Shown: piece by piece, positions 27,660-37,267 of the stretch
Numbering within the stretch: position 1 is the first letter of the stretch
Layout of the letters: every line of letters starts with the position of its first letter
IMG/VR virus record: IMGVR_UViG_3300030329_006012
Span: 64,001-128,000 of that record
DNA: 64,000 bases
Source: a virus
Reading direction: 5' to 3' (one strand)
Notes under the pieces: model-generated
Databases searched by the model: none
Told to the model about the DNA's origin: nothing
The model's input: only the letters and a program-made list of their open reading frames with translations
Translations under genes and position numbers: made by a program

Positions 27660-30600
27660 ATGCGCTTTGTAACAGCCAGAGACAGCAGTTCTTCCTATTA
27701 TCTGTTTGCTTTCAAGGAAGTTGATCAAGACCCGAACTCTTGGGCGGTTGAAGTTAGCCACATAATAACAACCTACGGCTCCGTCGACGACACTGGTGCC
27801 AACATAGACGGCGCAAGCGAGATCATACAGGTCATGACGTCAGATGCGTATGTGACCGACACCGCCGGAACCGATGCCATCGAGTTTCTTTATACTAAAA
27901 ACTTCCTTGAACAGTGGCTCACAGCACCACAAGCTCAGCTCGTGAACACTCTTCAGGGCGCAGATACACCAGATGCATTTGTAGAGTTTTTTATACCAAA
28001 AAACATTACGGTTCAGATGAGTCCGTATATAGAGTCGCCCACTACCCCCAAGTTGAAAGATGACCTTGATATCGGCGCAGAGATGATAGGATATGAACTT
28101 AAGCAGATTGATACACTTGGGATCAACGTACCACTGAGCGACGTTAATAAGAATTCCCACGTCTACTATCACCAAGGAGAGACAGATGAGGTAGTAGAGA
28201 GCCCCTATGCTGATGAGTTCATGCCAGATGAGATAACTGTTAAAAGGGCCGCAATCATCGGCGCCAACATTCCAAGGATATTTGTAGGGCCAAACCAGAC
28301 TCTAGACCCCAGCATTGACAATTTCGACCCCGAAGAGGATGTATTGGAAGGCGGCCTCACTGACGAACAGCGCAAAAACTCTCTTCCACTGAATGAGCAG
28401 GCCATTTTATTGTATCGTCTCGGCGAATTGATGCCCCGAAATAGGAAAAAGAGGAATTCTAAAGATTATGATCGCTTTGCATGTCTGGAGTGTAAGACTG
28501 CCGACGAAATCGCTAACCTAGTCAACTCGGTCACATCACCGCCAAACCGCGCACCTCTTTTTGATCTGGTGAGACCAATCCACCTTAGTGCTGTCATCCC
28601 CAGAGTTAGGTTATTTAAGATGTATGACCCATCCGCGAAGAGAATGAAGAATACCAAGAAGCCTGCGAACACACCAAAGATACCAGTGGAATATGAGTTC
28701 GAAGAATTCTCAAACAGGGATTTGTTGAAGGAGACTCTCAGCACAAACACTGGTGTTGGTATCGAGTCATTTAACTTTGATTTCAACGGAACAAATAAAT
28801 TTTCTGCTGAGAGGCTCATAAGTGCTGAATTGAAGATACGGGCAAGAAGCATTGATGAGCTTGAACGCCTGCGCGTAAGTTCAGCAACAAAGCGGCCATA
28901 CAGGTTTTCGGATCTTTTTATACCCGAAATGATCCAGCAAGACAATGCCAACAAGCGCCCCAATAACCTCAATTATATTGAATATAAGGCAAAGCACTTT
29001 GAGAGCCGAATGGTGGTGGAGTATGGCATCGACACCGAAAGTGCCGTTTTCACCAGCCGAGAGGGAAAACAAATTGCAGATGCATTTTATGAATCGAAAC
29101 TCGAAATCAACCTTAGTGTCACAAGTCACTCAATAGATCTAAAAGATGATGGGTCTATGGTGGTCACTATCAACTTCGTCGGACGCCTCGATGCACTTGC
29201 CAAGGATCCAAATAGTGGCAACATCCTCATGGACACGAACTTGAGTGATAAAATGCGCTTAGAACTTCTCACGGAGAGGAATGCGGCACAAGAGGCGGTG
29301 GATCTGGCAAGAGAAACGAAGGACGAGGCCGAAATAGACAACGTGACAGAAGATGATAGAGTGCGCGATGGCCAAACGCGGCAGACGAAAGAGGAGACAA
29401 ACGCTATTGCAGACGAAACTATCGCTACGAACACCGAAACATACAACCTTGGCCAAAAAGATGGCGAAAGAAAATTTCTTGAAAAGAACGGTGACAACTT
29501 GTCTAAGTTGAGACTTTACCGCTCCATCCTTAATGGTCTCATTCGCAAAGAAGCAGTCAATATCGTGGAGATTGATCCCTCCAACATTGCCCTGACAACT
29601 CAATCAACTGAGGAGCAGGCACTTTCCGCATCTGAAGATGGTGGAAAAGCCGGCAAAGAAATAGCCAATATCGAGACGCTGAATACAAAAGAGCAAATTG
29701 ACGAACAATTTAAAATCCTATCAGACCGCATGAAGAAGGGCATTGTTCCCATGTTCACATCCAATGCTTATTACATAAGATTCTTTTATTTTGGCGATCT
29801 CATGGACGTGGTTCTTGATCACATGTATGAAGGCCGTGAAGATGCGGCACTTGATATAAGAACGGTTTTGGGCCCAATCGAGATCAGGAGAAATTTGTTT
29901 GACTCATACCAATTCTCAGGAGAGGGTGTAAGTTTTCAACATAACGGCGCCATCGTCGTTACCGATAAATATGGGACTTTCGATCCCAAGGCCACAAGAA
30001 GGCGCAAAGCAGCAGTAGAGCAGGTTGAGGAGGGACTCAATAATGGAAAAAAGGCACCCTCTGCAGGCATTGAAGAGCAGACTCTGCTTGCATCCCTAGC
30101 AGATGTGCCGATCTCCCTCAATCTATTTTTGAGGTGGTTTGCAGACAACATCTCCAACAAGGGAGCTTTTGGGTACTCCTTTAAGCAGTTTTTGGTCGAC
30201 GCGACACAGGGCTTGATTGTTGCATCTTTAGAGGCGGATAGTTCTCGAATCTTGCTTCCGAAGCAACAGAGGATTGTAAGAACTGTTACTTGGGATTCTG
30301 CCACAGACCTGTCCACACCGGACGTTTTTGGCTTTACACACAAAGATGGCCAAGAATTGAAGATCGAGCTCCCCACTCAACAACGAAATTTGGTAGCAAA
30401 AGAGGGGCTTCAGATCTCTCGCCTTAGAGATGAATTCAACATAGCTCACACCCTCTCAACGGCTCCATACATGAGTGACTACCTTATGGTATACGCAGAG
30501 GCCCCTCGATATAATAGGGCGTTCGAAGGAACGCCCACGCAGTATAAAAGGGATCTGAAAGACGGTATCTATCACTTGAGCGTCGGAAGGGATGTTGGCA

Positions 30601-30905
30601 TGGTGAAAGATGTTAAGCTTTCCGCTGTCACTGTTCCCTATTACGAGGAGATGCAGATTCAGAGGGCAGCCAAAAATGGTGTGCGCCCAACAAAGAGGAT
30701 CTATGAAGCCACAGTAACACTTTTTGGGGTTACGTTCTTTCGACCGGGCCAAACAGTATATCTTAACGCAGCTGCTTTCGGCAGCCGCGAGAACTTGAAG
30801 GCCCACGGCTTGTGCGGGTATTATTCTATTCGAACAGTGTCCACAAACTTTTCGTCTGGCAATTTCGAAACCACATTGATATGTGACTTTAAGCATGCGG
30901 GGTAA
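27660..30905 (+). CDS. baseplate hub protein (gp27/late-control D-like)
   Basis: 1081 aa; C-terminal YEATVTLFG..FFRPGQ.VYL...GYYSI..V....SSG.FET.L.C typical of hub proteins. Confidence 0.6.
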   Translation: MRFVTARDSSSSYYLFAFKEVDQDPNSWAVEVSHIITTYGSVDDTGANIDGASEIIQVMTSDAYVTDTAGTDAIEFLYTKNFLEQWLTAPQAQLVNTLQGADTPDAFVEFFIPKNITVQMSPYIESPTTPKLKDDLDIGAEMIGYELKQIDTLGINVPLSDVNKNSHVYYHQGETDEVVESPYADEFMPDEITVKRAAIIGANIPRIFVGPNQTLDPSIDNFDPEEDVLEGGLTDEQRKNSLPLNEQAILLYRLGELMPRNRKKRNSKDYDRFACLECKTADEIANLVNSVTSPPNRAPLFDLVRPIHLSAVIPRVRLFKMYDPSAKRMKNTKKPANTPKIPVEYEFEEFSNRDLLKETLSTNTGVGIESFNFDFNGTNKFSAERLISAELKIRARSIDELERLRVSSATKRPYRFSDLFIPEMIQQDNANKRPNNLNYIEYKAKHFESRMVVEYGIDTESAVFTSREGKQIADAFYESKLEINLSVTSHSIDLKDDGSMVVTINFVGRLDALAKDPNSGNILMDTNLSDKMRLELLTERNAAQEAVDLARETKDEAEIDNVTEDDRVRDGQTRQTKEETNAIADETIATNTETYNLGQKDGERKFLEKNGDNLSKLRLYRSILNGLIRKEAVNIVEIDPSNIALTTQSTEEQALSASEDGGKAGKEIANIETLNTKEQIDEQFKILSDRMKKGIVPMFTSNAYYIRFFYFGDLMDVVLDHMYEGREDAALDIRTVLGPIEIRRNLFDSYQFSGEGVSFQHNGAIVVTDKYGTFDPKATRRRKAAVEQVEEGLNNGKKAPSAGIEEQTLLASLADVPISLNLFLRWFADNISNKGAFGYSFKQFLVDATQGLIVASLEADSSRILLPKQQRIVRTVTWDSATDLSTPDVFGFTHKDGQELKIELPTQQRNLVAKEGLQISRLRDEFNIAHTLSTAPYMSDYLMVYAEAPRYNRAFEGTPTQYKRDLKDGIYHLSVGRDVGMVKDVKLSAVTVPYYEEMQIQRAAKNGVRPTKRIYEATVTLFGVTFFRPGQTVYLNAAAFGSRENLKAHGLCGYYSIRTVSTNFSSGNFETTLICDFKHAG

Positions 30906-30908
30906 AAT

Positions 30909-32093
30909 ATGAAACCAACAAGAGGCAACAACAGTTTAAGTTCAAAATATTCATACATACAGAGAGAGATGTACGAGGGAGAGGTAGATAAACTACTGGA
31001 GGCCAAGGAAGGGCTTACGCTTATCGACCTCAGAAAGAAAAGTCTGTATGGGAAAATAGATCTCAAGAACAAGGTGGTGGTTCCAAGACTGGAGAACCTG
31101 TCCTCCTTTCAGGGCGTCGCAAATGTGTTTCCCTTTGTCCGAGATGCCCTTGACGACCTCTCCTCCAAATTAAAAAAGAGGTCAGATCGGGGAACGATCA
31201 AAAAACGCGGCCCATACTCCACCCTCAGTGCAACCCCGCGCCCGAAGACGTGGCAAGATGAGTACGCCAACTATTTGAAGGATATCAAGGAATCATATCA
31301 GGATAGAATTCGCTCAACACCTGGCCTTAAAGATAGTGTGGCAGATTTCAAGCAGTATGTTTTTAATTTTCTTGAGTTCTCTACAATAGCTAATCCCCGC
31401 TACCCGCTTACTTTCTCGAAATTTTACCTATCATCTCACAGCTCTACTTTCGCCACAGGTATTACAGTGGACTTGAATTCAGAAGAGTACGGCGATGATT
31501 ATGTTTCTTTTTCAAAATATTTTGGAGATGTAAATTTTGACATTTTCTACCAAGAGGCCCAAAACCACGGCTTTCTTCTTGACCGCTATGCTCCTTGGCG
31601 CCTTGTGGCCAACCTAACATCGCAGCCGATGATTAGTTATATGAAAAAGTCTGGATATGCCAATATGCAGGACGTGTTCTCTGAACTAACCTTTAACCCC
31701 CTCTCGCCAGAGTTCTATGAACTCGTGAAAATGATAAACTTCTCTTACAGCGAGGTGTTTAAGCCCAATTCAACTGTGGCCGATGTGTGTTACCGAGAGG
31801 GCAAGACTTCTTATTCCCTCAAGCCGAGGGAAATGTTTGATCCTTCCCAATTTAAATCTCTAGAAGAAATGGTGGATTACATGGGATATGCGTTCTGGCT
31901 CCGAGCATACGCTTTTATCAAAGCGCGGGAGATAAATAAGAACTTGACACAGAAAGAGTTTGATGATATAGTAAAAGAATCTATAGCTATACAAAAACAT
32001 GTTGACACGGAGGCATCTTTGAGTTATATTAATGATAAATTTAATCCACTGATGAATTCTGATTTTAACAGGAAACCAACTTTTACTTTTTAG
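30909..32093 (+). CDS. hypothetical protein at the end of the tail module
   Basis: 394 aa ORF, no motif recognised. Confidence 0.7.
   Translation: MKPTRGNNSLSSKYSYIQREMYEGEVDKLLEAKEGLTLIDLRKKSLYGKIDLKNKVVVPRLENLSSFQGVANVFPFVRDALDDLSSKLKKRSDRGTIKKRGPYSTLSATPRPKTWQDEYANYLKDIKESYQDRIRSTPGLKDSVADFKQYVFNFLEFSTIANPRYPLTFSKFYLSSHSSTFATGITVDLNSEEYGDDYVSFSKYFGDVNFDIFYQEAQNHGFLLDRYAPWRLVANLTSQPMISYMKKSGYANMQDVFSELTFNPLSPEFYELVKMINFSYSEVFKPNSTVADVCYREGKTSYSLKPREMFDPSQFKSLEEMVDYMGYAFWLRAYAFIKAREINKNLTQKEFDDIVKESIAIQKHVDTEASLSYINDKFNPLMNSDFNRKPTFTF
32002..32030 (+). promoter_or_regulatory. sigma70-type promoter upstream of the family A polymerase
   Basis: TTGACA-17 nt-TATATT. Confidence 0.55.
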
Positions 32094-32100
32094 GTGATAC

Positions 32101-33309
32101 ATGAAGTGTTTCGTTACACTGGACGACAAAGAAGAATGCGTAGGCGTATTCAGCAACGGTGAACTTTCTTTTTCGCATATTCCCGCTGGGTTAACTCACA
32201 CTTGGGAGTACAGCCGCTCTCTGCTATCTGCTGACGTTAATGATGCCGAGCTGGCCATCATATACGCCAACGGTGCAACGCTGACTGATGTCTGCCCACC
32301 GCACCTTCAAAAAGAGTGGTCAGCGATAATGAAGCGCATGAAGGCTTATCAAAATTCCTTTATAGAGGCAAAGGTTGATTTGGGAGAGAACTGCATCTTT
32401 GATCTTATTCCGCTGAGCTACTTGACCAAGTTTTGCCACCTGAAAACGGAGATCACTAAGCACGTTTTTAAAACGGCAGATAAGCCGGAAAATTATGATT
32501 TCATGAAAGGGTTGGTGCACCTGTTGGCCGAGATATCTCAAAGGAAAATTAAGCTCAATCTCGACTCCATAGAACGGAATATTTTAACCAAAAGGGCCAG
32601 AGACTTTTGCGCCGACATTCGCTCTGGGAAAAAGGACTCTTTTGTCAGGTACGATCCCTTTAAGACGAGGACTGGTAGACTTTCGGTTAAAAAGGGATCC
32701 TTCCCGATACTTAACTTAGACAAGGAATTCCGCTGCGCCGTGGAACCAACGAACGACTGGATAATGGAGCTGGATTATAATGCAGCTGAACTGAGAACAC
32801 TTCTGGCTCTCGCAGGAAAGGAGCAGCCCACAGAGGATATTCATAAATGGAATTCAGACATTCTGAGCGTATCAAGAGACGAAGCGAAAAAGTCCGTCAT
32901 ATCTTGGCTGTATGGCTCGAAGACATCCGATATTGGCGAAAAGCTTTCGCAGATGTACGCAAAAGAGGAAGTTCTAAATAAATTTTATGATCCCGAAAAA
33001 GGGATCGTCACAACCCCTTTCGGGAGAAAGATCTCAGCAGACGATCACCACGCACTGAATTATCTGGTTCAGAGCACCACTGCAGATCTGGTGTTTGACC
33101 GAATGTTGGAGATCCGGGATCTATTAAAGGACAAAAAAAGCTTCATCAAATTCTGTCTCCACGATTCAGTGGTGATCGATTTGGCCCACGAGGAGAGGGA
33201 TGTAATTAAAGAGGTTTTTAATATTTTTGCAGACACCAAGCTGGGGGCATTCAAGCCCTCGATTAGTGCGGGAACCAATTTCGGCTCCTTAAAGGATTTT
33301 AACATTTAG
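32101..33309 (+). CDS. minimal family A DNA polymerase (polymerase domain only)
   Basis: KTRTGRLS, motif A ELDYNAAELR, motif B RDEAKKSVISWLYG, NYLVQSTTAD, motif C LHDS. Confidence 0.85.
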   Translation: MKCFVTLDDKEECVGVFSNGELSFSHIPAGLTHTWEYSRSLLSADVNDAELAIIYANGATLTDVCPPHLQKEWSAIMKRMKAYQNSFIEAKVDLGENCIFDLIPLSYLTKFCHLKTEITKHVFKTADKPENYDFMKGLVHLLAEISQRKIKLNLDSIERNILTKRARDFCADIRSGKKDSFVRYDPFKTRTGRLSVKKGSFPILNLDKEFRCAVEPTNDWIMELDYNAAELRTLLALAGKEQPTEDIHKWNSDILSVSRDEAKKSVISWLYGSKTSDIGEKLSQMYAKEEVLNKFYDPEKGIVTTPFGRKISADDHHALNYLVQSTTADLVFDRMLEIRDLLKDKKSFIKFCLHDSVVIDLAHEERDVIKEVFNIFADTKLGAFKPSISAGTNFGSLKDFNI

Positions 33310-33326
33310 GTGATCTGTGCTATAAT
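33298..33326 (+). promoter_or_regulatory. sigma70-type promoter upstream of tubulin-like gene
   Basis: TTTAAC/TTAACA with extended TGc-TATAAT at 33321-33326. Confidence 0.5.
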
Positions 33327-33344
33327 AGATCTTCAGGAGAATGT

Positions 33345-34190
33345 ATGATTAACATTATTGGACTTGGCAAAACAGGCTGTAGTTTAGCTGACGAATTTTC
33401 CAAACATGGTCAATATGACATCTATCGTATTGGCATTGACTTACCAAAGAATAAAAGGTCCAGGGGTATGAAAAAACAAAAGACGCCTGAAGCCTATGAA
33501 GAGAAGTGTCCAACAATGAGGCATTTTTTCAAGGAGCTGACGGGCCGAAGTATCTTGTTGGTGAACGGTGGAGAACCCATTGCAGCTGCTACGCTGAGGG
33601 TTCTGGAGCATTGCCGCCCGTGGTCAACCTCTGTTGTCTACATCCAGCCAGATGAGTCCTCTCTCAATGAGACCCTGCAGGCTTCCGAGAAAGTCATCTT
33701 CAATGTTTTGCAAGAATATGCTCGTTCCGGCGCCATTTCAAAAATGATTCTTGTAGACACCAAAAATGTTGAAGAGGCGATGGGAGACGTTCCAATTATC
33801 GGCTACGAAGAAGTCTTTAATCAATATATCGCATCTTCTCTTAATTTAATAAATTATTTTGAACATTCGGAGCCTGTTTTGAGTGTCGATTCTGAAGGCG
33901 TTGATTGGTCGAGAATCATGACCATAAGTATGATCTCTCTGGAGGAAAAGAAGGAGCACCTTTTCTTCAACCTGGACAACATTCGAGAGAAAATGTATTT
34001 TTGCGGAATTAACGAAGATCAGCTTAGAAACGACAATAAGCTGCTTTCCAAATTAAAGAGCTTTATAGATTCCCAGCGTGAAGGGGATCAAAGAACTTCA
34101 TATAGGGTGTACTCTACAACCTATGAAGAGCCACACGTTTTCTGTGTTCAATCATCGGCGATGATACAGAAGAGATCAAAAGGTGCTTGA
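33345..34190 (+). CDS. tubulin/FtsZ (PhuZ)-like protein, degenerate
   Basis: N-terminal IIGLGKTGCSLA nucleotide-binding loop; GGGTGS/TG signature replaced by NGGEPIAAAT. Confidence 0.6.
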   Translation: MINIIGLGKTGCSLADEFSKHGQYDIYRIGIDLPKNKRSRGMKKQKTPEAYEEKCPTMRHFFKELTGRSILLVNGGEPIAAATLRVLEHCRPWSTSVVYIQPDESSLNETLQASEKVIFNVLQEYARSGAISKMILVDTKNVEEAMGDVPIIGYEEVFNQYIASSLNLINYFEHSEPVLSVDSEGVDWSRIMTISMISLEEKKEHLFFNLDNIREKMYFCGINEDQLRNDNKLLSKLKSFIDSQREGDQRTSYRVYSTTYEEPHVFCVQSSAMIQKRSKGA

Positions 34191-34215
34191 CACCAAAGTG
34201 ATCCCGTGGTATAAT
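34187..34215 (+). promoter_or_regulatory. consensus sigma70 promoter upstream of SSB
   Basis: TTGACA-17 nt-TATAAT with TG extension. Confidence 0.85.
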
Positions 34216-34276
34216 AATAACAACGAACCAGCACTAGGGGAGATTTGCCCTGGTGACTTTAACAGGAGATAATAAT

Positions 34277-35038
34277 ATGGCAATTGATATGAGCAAAATG
34301 CGGGATAGACTAAATACCCTGCAAGCTAAGGGCAACGGTGGCGGATCTTCCGCTTTTTGGCGCCCAAGCGATGGTAGTCAAACTATTCGAATTGTGACAC
34401 CGAAAGACGGAGATCCTTTCAAGGATTTTTATTTCCACTATAATGTGGGCAATAACTCTGGCTTTCTCTGTCCGAAGAAGAACTTTGGCGAAGAGTGTGC
34501 AGTCTGCGATTTCTCTCGCAAATTGTATAAGGCCGGCGATGATGACAGTGTGAAGTCCGCTAAGGAATTGACTGCTCGTCAGCGTTTCTTTTCACCCGTA
34601 ATAGTTCGCGGTGAGGAGAATTTGGGAGTCAAGATTTGGGGCTATGGAAAAATGGCTTACGAAACCTTGTTGAACCTTGTTTTAAACCCAGAGTATGGAG
34701 ATATTACAGATGTGGAGTCGGGAACAGACTTAGACTTACACTACGGTAAGGCTCCAGGCCAATCCTTCCCTCAGACCAAGTTGACGCCAAAGCGTTCTAC
34801 ATCACCGGTCTGTGTAGAGGCTACTCCAGAAGCATGCCAAGAAATCTTGGATTCGGTCCCTGATATTGATTCTCTTTTTGAGAAGAAATCATCCAAGGAA
34901 GTTGCTGGATATCTTGCGGAGTTCATGGAGAGTGGATCTTCGGCCGAAGAAGCCTCTAGGGAGGCGACTAAGTTTGCGCCACCAGCCGGTGCCGAGTCTG
35001 TTGACAAGTCTTTCACTGACTTGTTGGGCAGTGCCTAA
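34277..35038 (+). CDS. single-stranded DNA-binding protein (T4 gp32-like)
   Basis: FWRP..G.QTIRIV, FHY, CPK...GEECAVCD zinc site, KIWGYGK, DITD..SG.D; ATG 34277 behind AGGAG. Confidence 0.85.
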   Translation: MAIDMSKMRDRLNTLQAKGNGGGSSAFWRPSDGSQTIRIVTPKDGDPFKDFYFHYNVGNNSGFLCPKKNFGEECAVCDFSRKLYKAGDDDSVKSAKELTARQRFFSPVIVRGEENLGVKIWGYGKMAYETLLNLVLNPEYGDITDVESGTDLDLHYGKAPGQSFPQTKLTPKRSTSPVCVEATPEACQEILDSVPDIDSLFEKKSSKEVAGYLAEFMESGSSAEEASREATKFAPPAGAESVDKSFTDLLGSA

Positions 35039-35056
35039 TAAAAACATAACCCCAAT

Positions 35057-35090
35057 AGGCGACGGGCATTTGCCCGTCGTCTTTATTTTC
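35057..35090 (+). terminator. rho-independent terminator after SSB
   Basis: AGGCGACGGGCA-TTT-GCCCGTCGTCT then TTTATTTT. Confidence 0.7.
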
Positions 35091-35109
35091 TATTTACAGG
35101 AGGTGTCCT

Positions 35110-36240
35110 TTGGCCACAAATTTGAAAAGTAATAAGAGCAAGCTTGGCATCAAGGGCATCGCTGCAGCTTTGAATAAAAAGAGCGGCATGACCGTTGCAC
35201 ATACAATGGGGGACGATAACCCATCGGCCGTCACTGATTGGATACCTACTGGGTGTACATGGCTCGACGGCATCATTTGTCGAGGAAAAATTGCCGGCAT
35301 CCCCGTCGGCCGCGTAACAGAAATAGCTGGTCTTGAGGGTTCTGGAAAATCGTATATGGCCGCACAAATTGCAGCAGGAGCTACGCAAAAGGGCTTCGAG
35401 GTTGTCTATTTTGATTCGGAAGCTGCATTGGACTTTGACTTCTTAAAAGATGCCGGCGTAATTGAGTCCCTATTCTTGAGGGTCACACCACAATCGGTTG
35501 AAGATATGTTCGAGACAATAGATCTTATTCTTTCTCAGGGCGCAGAGAACACTTTATTTATTTGGGATAGTCTGGCCAATACGCCAACTAAATCTGACAA
35601 TGCAGGTACGTTTAATCCTCAAGAAACAATGGCTTTAAAGGCTAGGATCATCTCCAAGGCGATGCAAAAGTTAACCGTTCCACTGAATGAGTCAAACAGT
35701 ACATTTTTGGTCTTAAACCAGTTAAAAGTACACATCCCAAAGCCCGGAGATCACATCTCTGCGATGATCGACCCTTATGTAACTCCCGGCGGCAAGAGTA
35801 TGCAATATGCGTCATCACTGAGAATTTATTTAACGGGCAGGAAATCTAAAGCCTCTTACATAACCGATGAAAAGGGATTCCGAATCGGCTCAGAGGTTAA
35901 GGCTCGCATTAAGAAATCTCGCTTCGCATCCGAGGGCCGAGAGTGTATTTTTAAGATTCTGTGGGGTGATGAAGTCCGCATCCAAAATGATGAGAGCATC
36001 TTTGAGGCCATCAAGGGCTCCGAGAGGTTAAAAAACGCTGGAGCATGGTATACCCTCATCCACTCAGATGGCTCCGAAGAGAAGTTCCAGTCAAAAATGT
36101 GGCTGGACAAGATGCAAGAAGAGAAGTTTCGTGCTTCGGCAATGGAGGTTTTTGAAAACGAGATTGTCCTAAAGTTCGCGAACAGAGAAGGCGCGGCTTC
36201 TGATTTTTATGACATTGAAGCCGAATCGGACAAGCAGTAG
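35110..36240 (+). CDS. recA: RecA/UvsX recombinase
   Basis: GIPVGRVTEIAGLEGSGKS Walker A, YFDSE, FIWDS Walker B, FLVLNQL, TPGGKSMQYASSLRI. Confidence 0.95.
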   Translation: MATNLKSNKSKLGIKGIAAALNKKSGMTVAHTMGDDNPSAVTDWIPTGCTWLDGIICRGKIAGIPVGRVTEIAGLEGSGKSYMAAQIAAGATQKGFEVVYFDSEAALDFDFLKDAGVIESLFLRVTPQSVEDMFETIDLILSQGAENTLFIWDSLANTPTKSDNAGTFNPQETMALKARIISKAMQKLTVPLNESNSTFLVLNQLKVHIPKPGDHISAMIDPYVTPGGKSMQYASSLRIYLTGRKSKASYITDEKGFRIGSEVKARIKKSRFASEGRECIFKILWGDEVRIQNDESIFEAIKGSERLKNAGAWYTLIHSDGSEEKFQSKMWLDKMQEEKFRASAMEVFENEIVLKFANREGAASDFYDIEAESDKQ

Positions 36241-36251
36241 CGGAGATTCCC

Positions 36252-37259
36252 TTGGAAAAGAAAAAAAGATTATTAATAGTAGATGGCATGAACATCTACA
36301 TGCGGAACTATAACGCAAACCCCAGCATCTCGACAAATGGTGATCCAATTGGCGGATGCAAAGGATTCCTGATGTCCTTGCAAAAGATCTGTCGGGAGAT
36401 CGACGAGGATATAAGTGCGATTGGGAAAATCGTAGTGGTTTGGGATGGCGTGGATGGAAGTGTCCGCAAGAGAAAGATGAATCCAGCCTACAAAGACGGC
36501 CGCAAACCAGTTCGCCTTAATCGAATGGTGCGAGGTCTTCTCACTGAGGAGCAGGAGATAGCCAACAGAGCGTGGCAGTTCGACAATGTTGTTCATTATT
36601 TGGACTTTTTATCGGTGCACCAGATAAGGATCGATGGGTTCGAGGCTGATGACATTATCTCTTATGTAAACAACCTCCCTCAGTTTGAGGACTGGGATAG
36701 AATAATTGTCTCGACAGACAAGGACTTCTACCAATGTACTTTTTCGTGCGGACATGGGAAGACTGTTATTTATAGGCCCAAAGAAAAAGGTGCCTTTGAG
36801 CTTATTGGGGAAAAGACAATACTTGACTCCTTTGGGATCCACCCCCTAAACTTTGCTATAGCGAGAGCCATCGAGGGAGATAAATCAGACAACCTCAAGG
36901 GCGTCCCCGGAGTTGGCCTAAAGACACTCGCGAAGAGGTTCCCTTGGCTGGCTAACAGCGAGGAATATATGGTTCAGGACATTTTGGCAGATTGCGAGAA
37001 GAACGCTGGCAAATTAAAGATGTACGATAACATAATAGAGAATAAAGAATTGATTTTAAAAAATTACCAGATTATGCAACTCTCTATGCCGAACCTATCC
37101 CCGCAAGCCACTCGACAAATAAGATCACAATTGGAAGACGAGCCGCTATTTAATAAGACGGCCATCACTACCATGATGATCAAGGATGGCTTTGGAAGCG
37201 GAAATTGGGACGTCCTATTTCAGATCATGAAACGACTTACGGCTAATTCTTTATTCTAG
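36252..37259 (+). CDS. 5'-3' exonuclease / RNase H (FEN/T4 rnh family)
   Basis: LIVDGMN, VVWDG, YKDGR, FEADDII, STDKDF, GDKSDNLKGVPGVGLKT. Confidence 0.93.
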   Translation: MEKKKRLLIVDGMNIYMRNYNANPSISTNGDPIGGCKGFLMSLQKICREIDEDISAIGKIVVVWDGVDGSVRKRKMNPAYKDGRKPVRLNRMVRGLLTEEQEIANRAWQFDNVVHYLDFLSVHQIRIDGFEADDIISYVNNLPQFEDWDRIIVSTDKDFYQCTFSCGHGKTVIYRPKEKGAFELIGEKTILDSFGIHPLNFAIARAIEGDKSDNLKGVPGVGLKTLAKRFPWLANSEEYMVQDILADCEKNAGKLKMYDNIIENKELILKNYQIMQLSMPNLSPQATRQIRSQLEDEPLFNKTAITTMMIKDGFGSGNWDVLFQIMKRLTANSLF

Positions 37260-37267
37260 GAGAGACG

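Noticed and set aside
33345-34190. Calling the phage nucleus-forming because of the tubulin-like gene
   Set aside because: No chimallin or multisubunit phage RNA polymerase genes in the window, the virion module is T4-like, and the tubulin signature is degenerate
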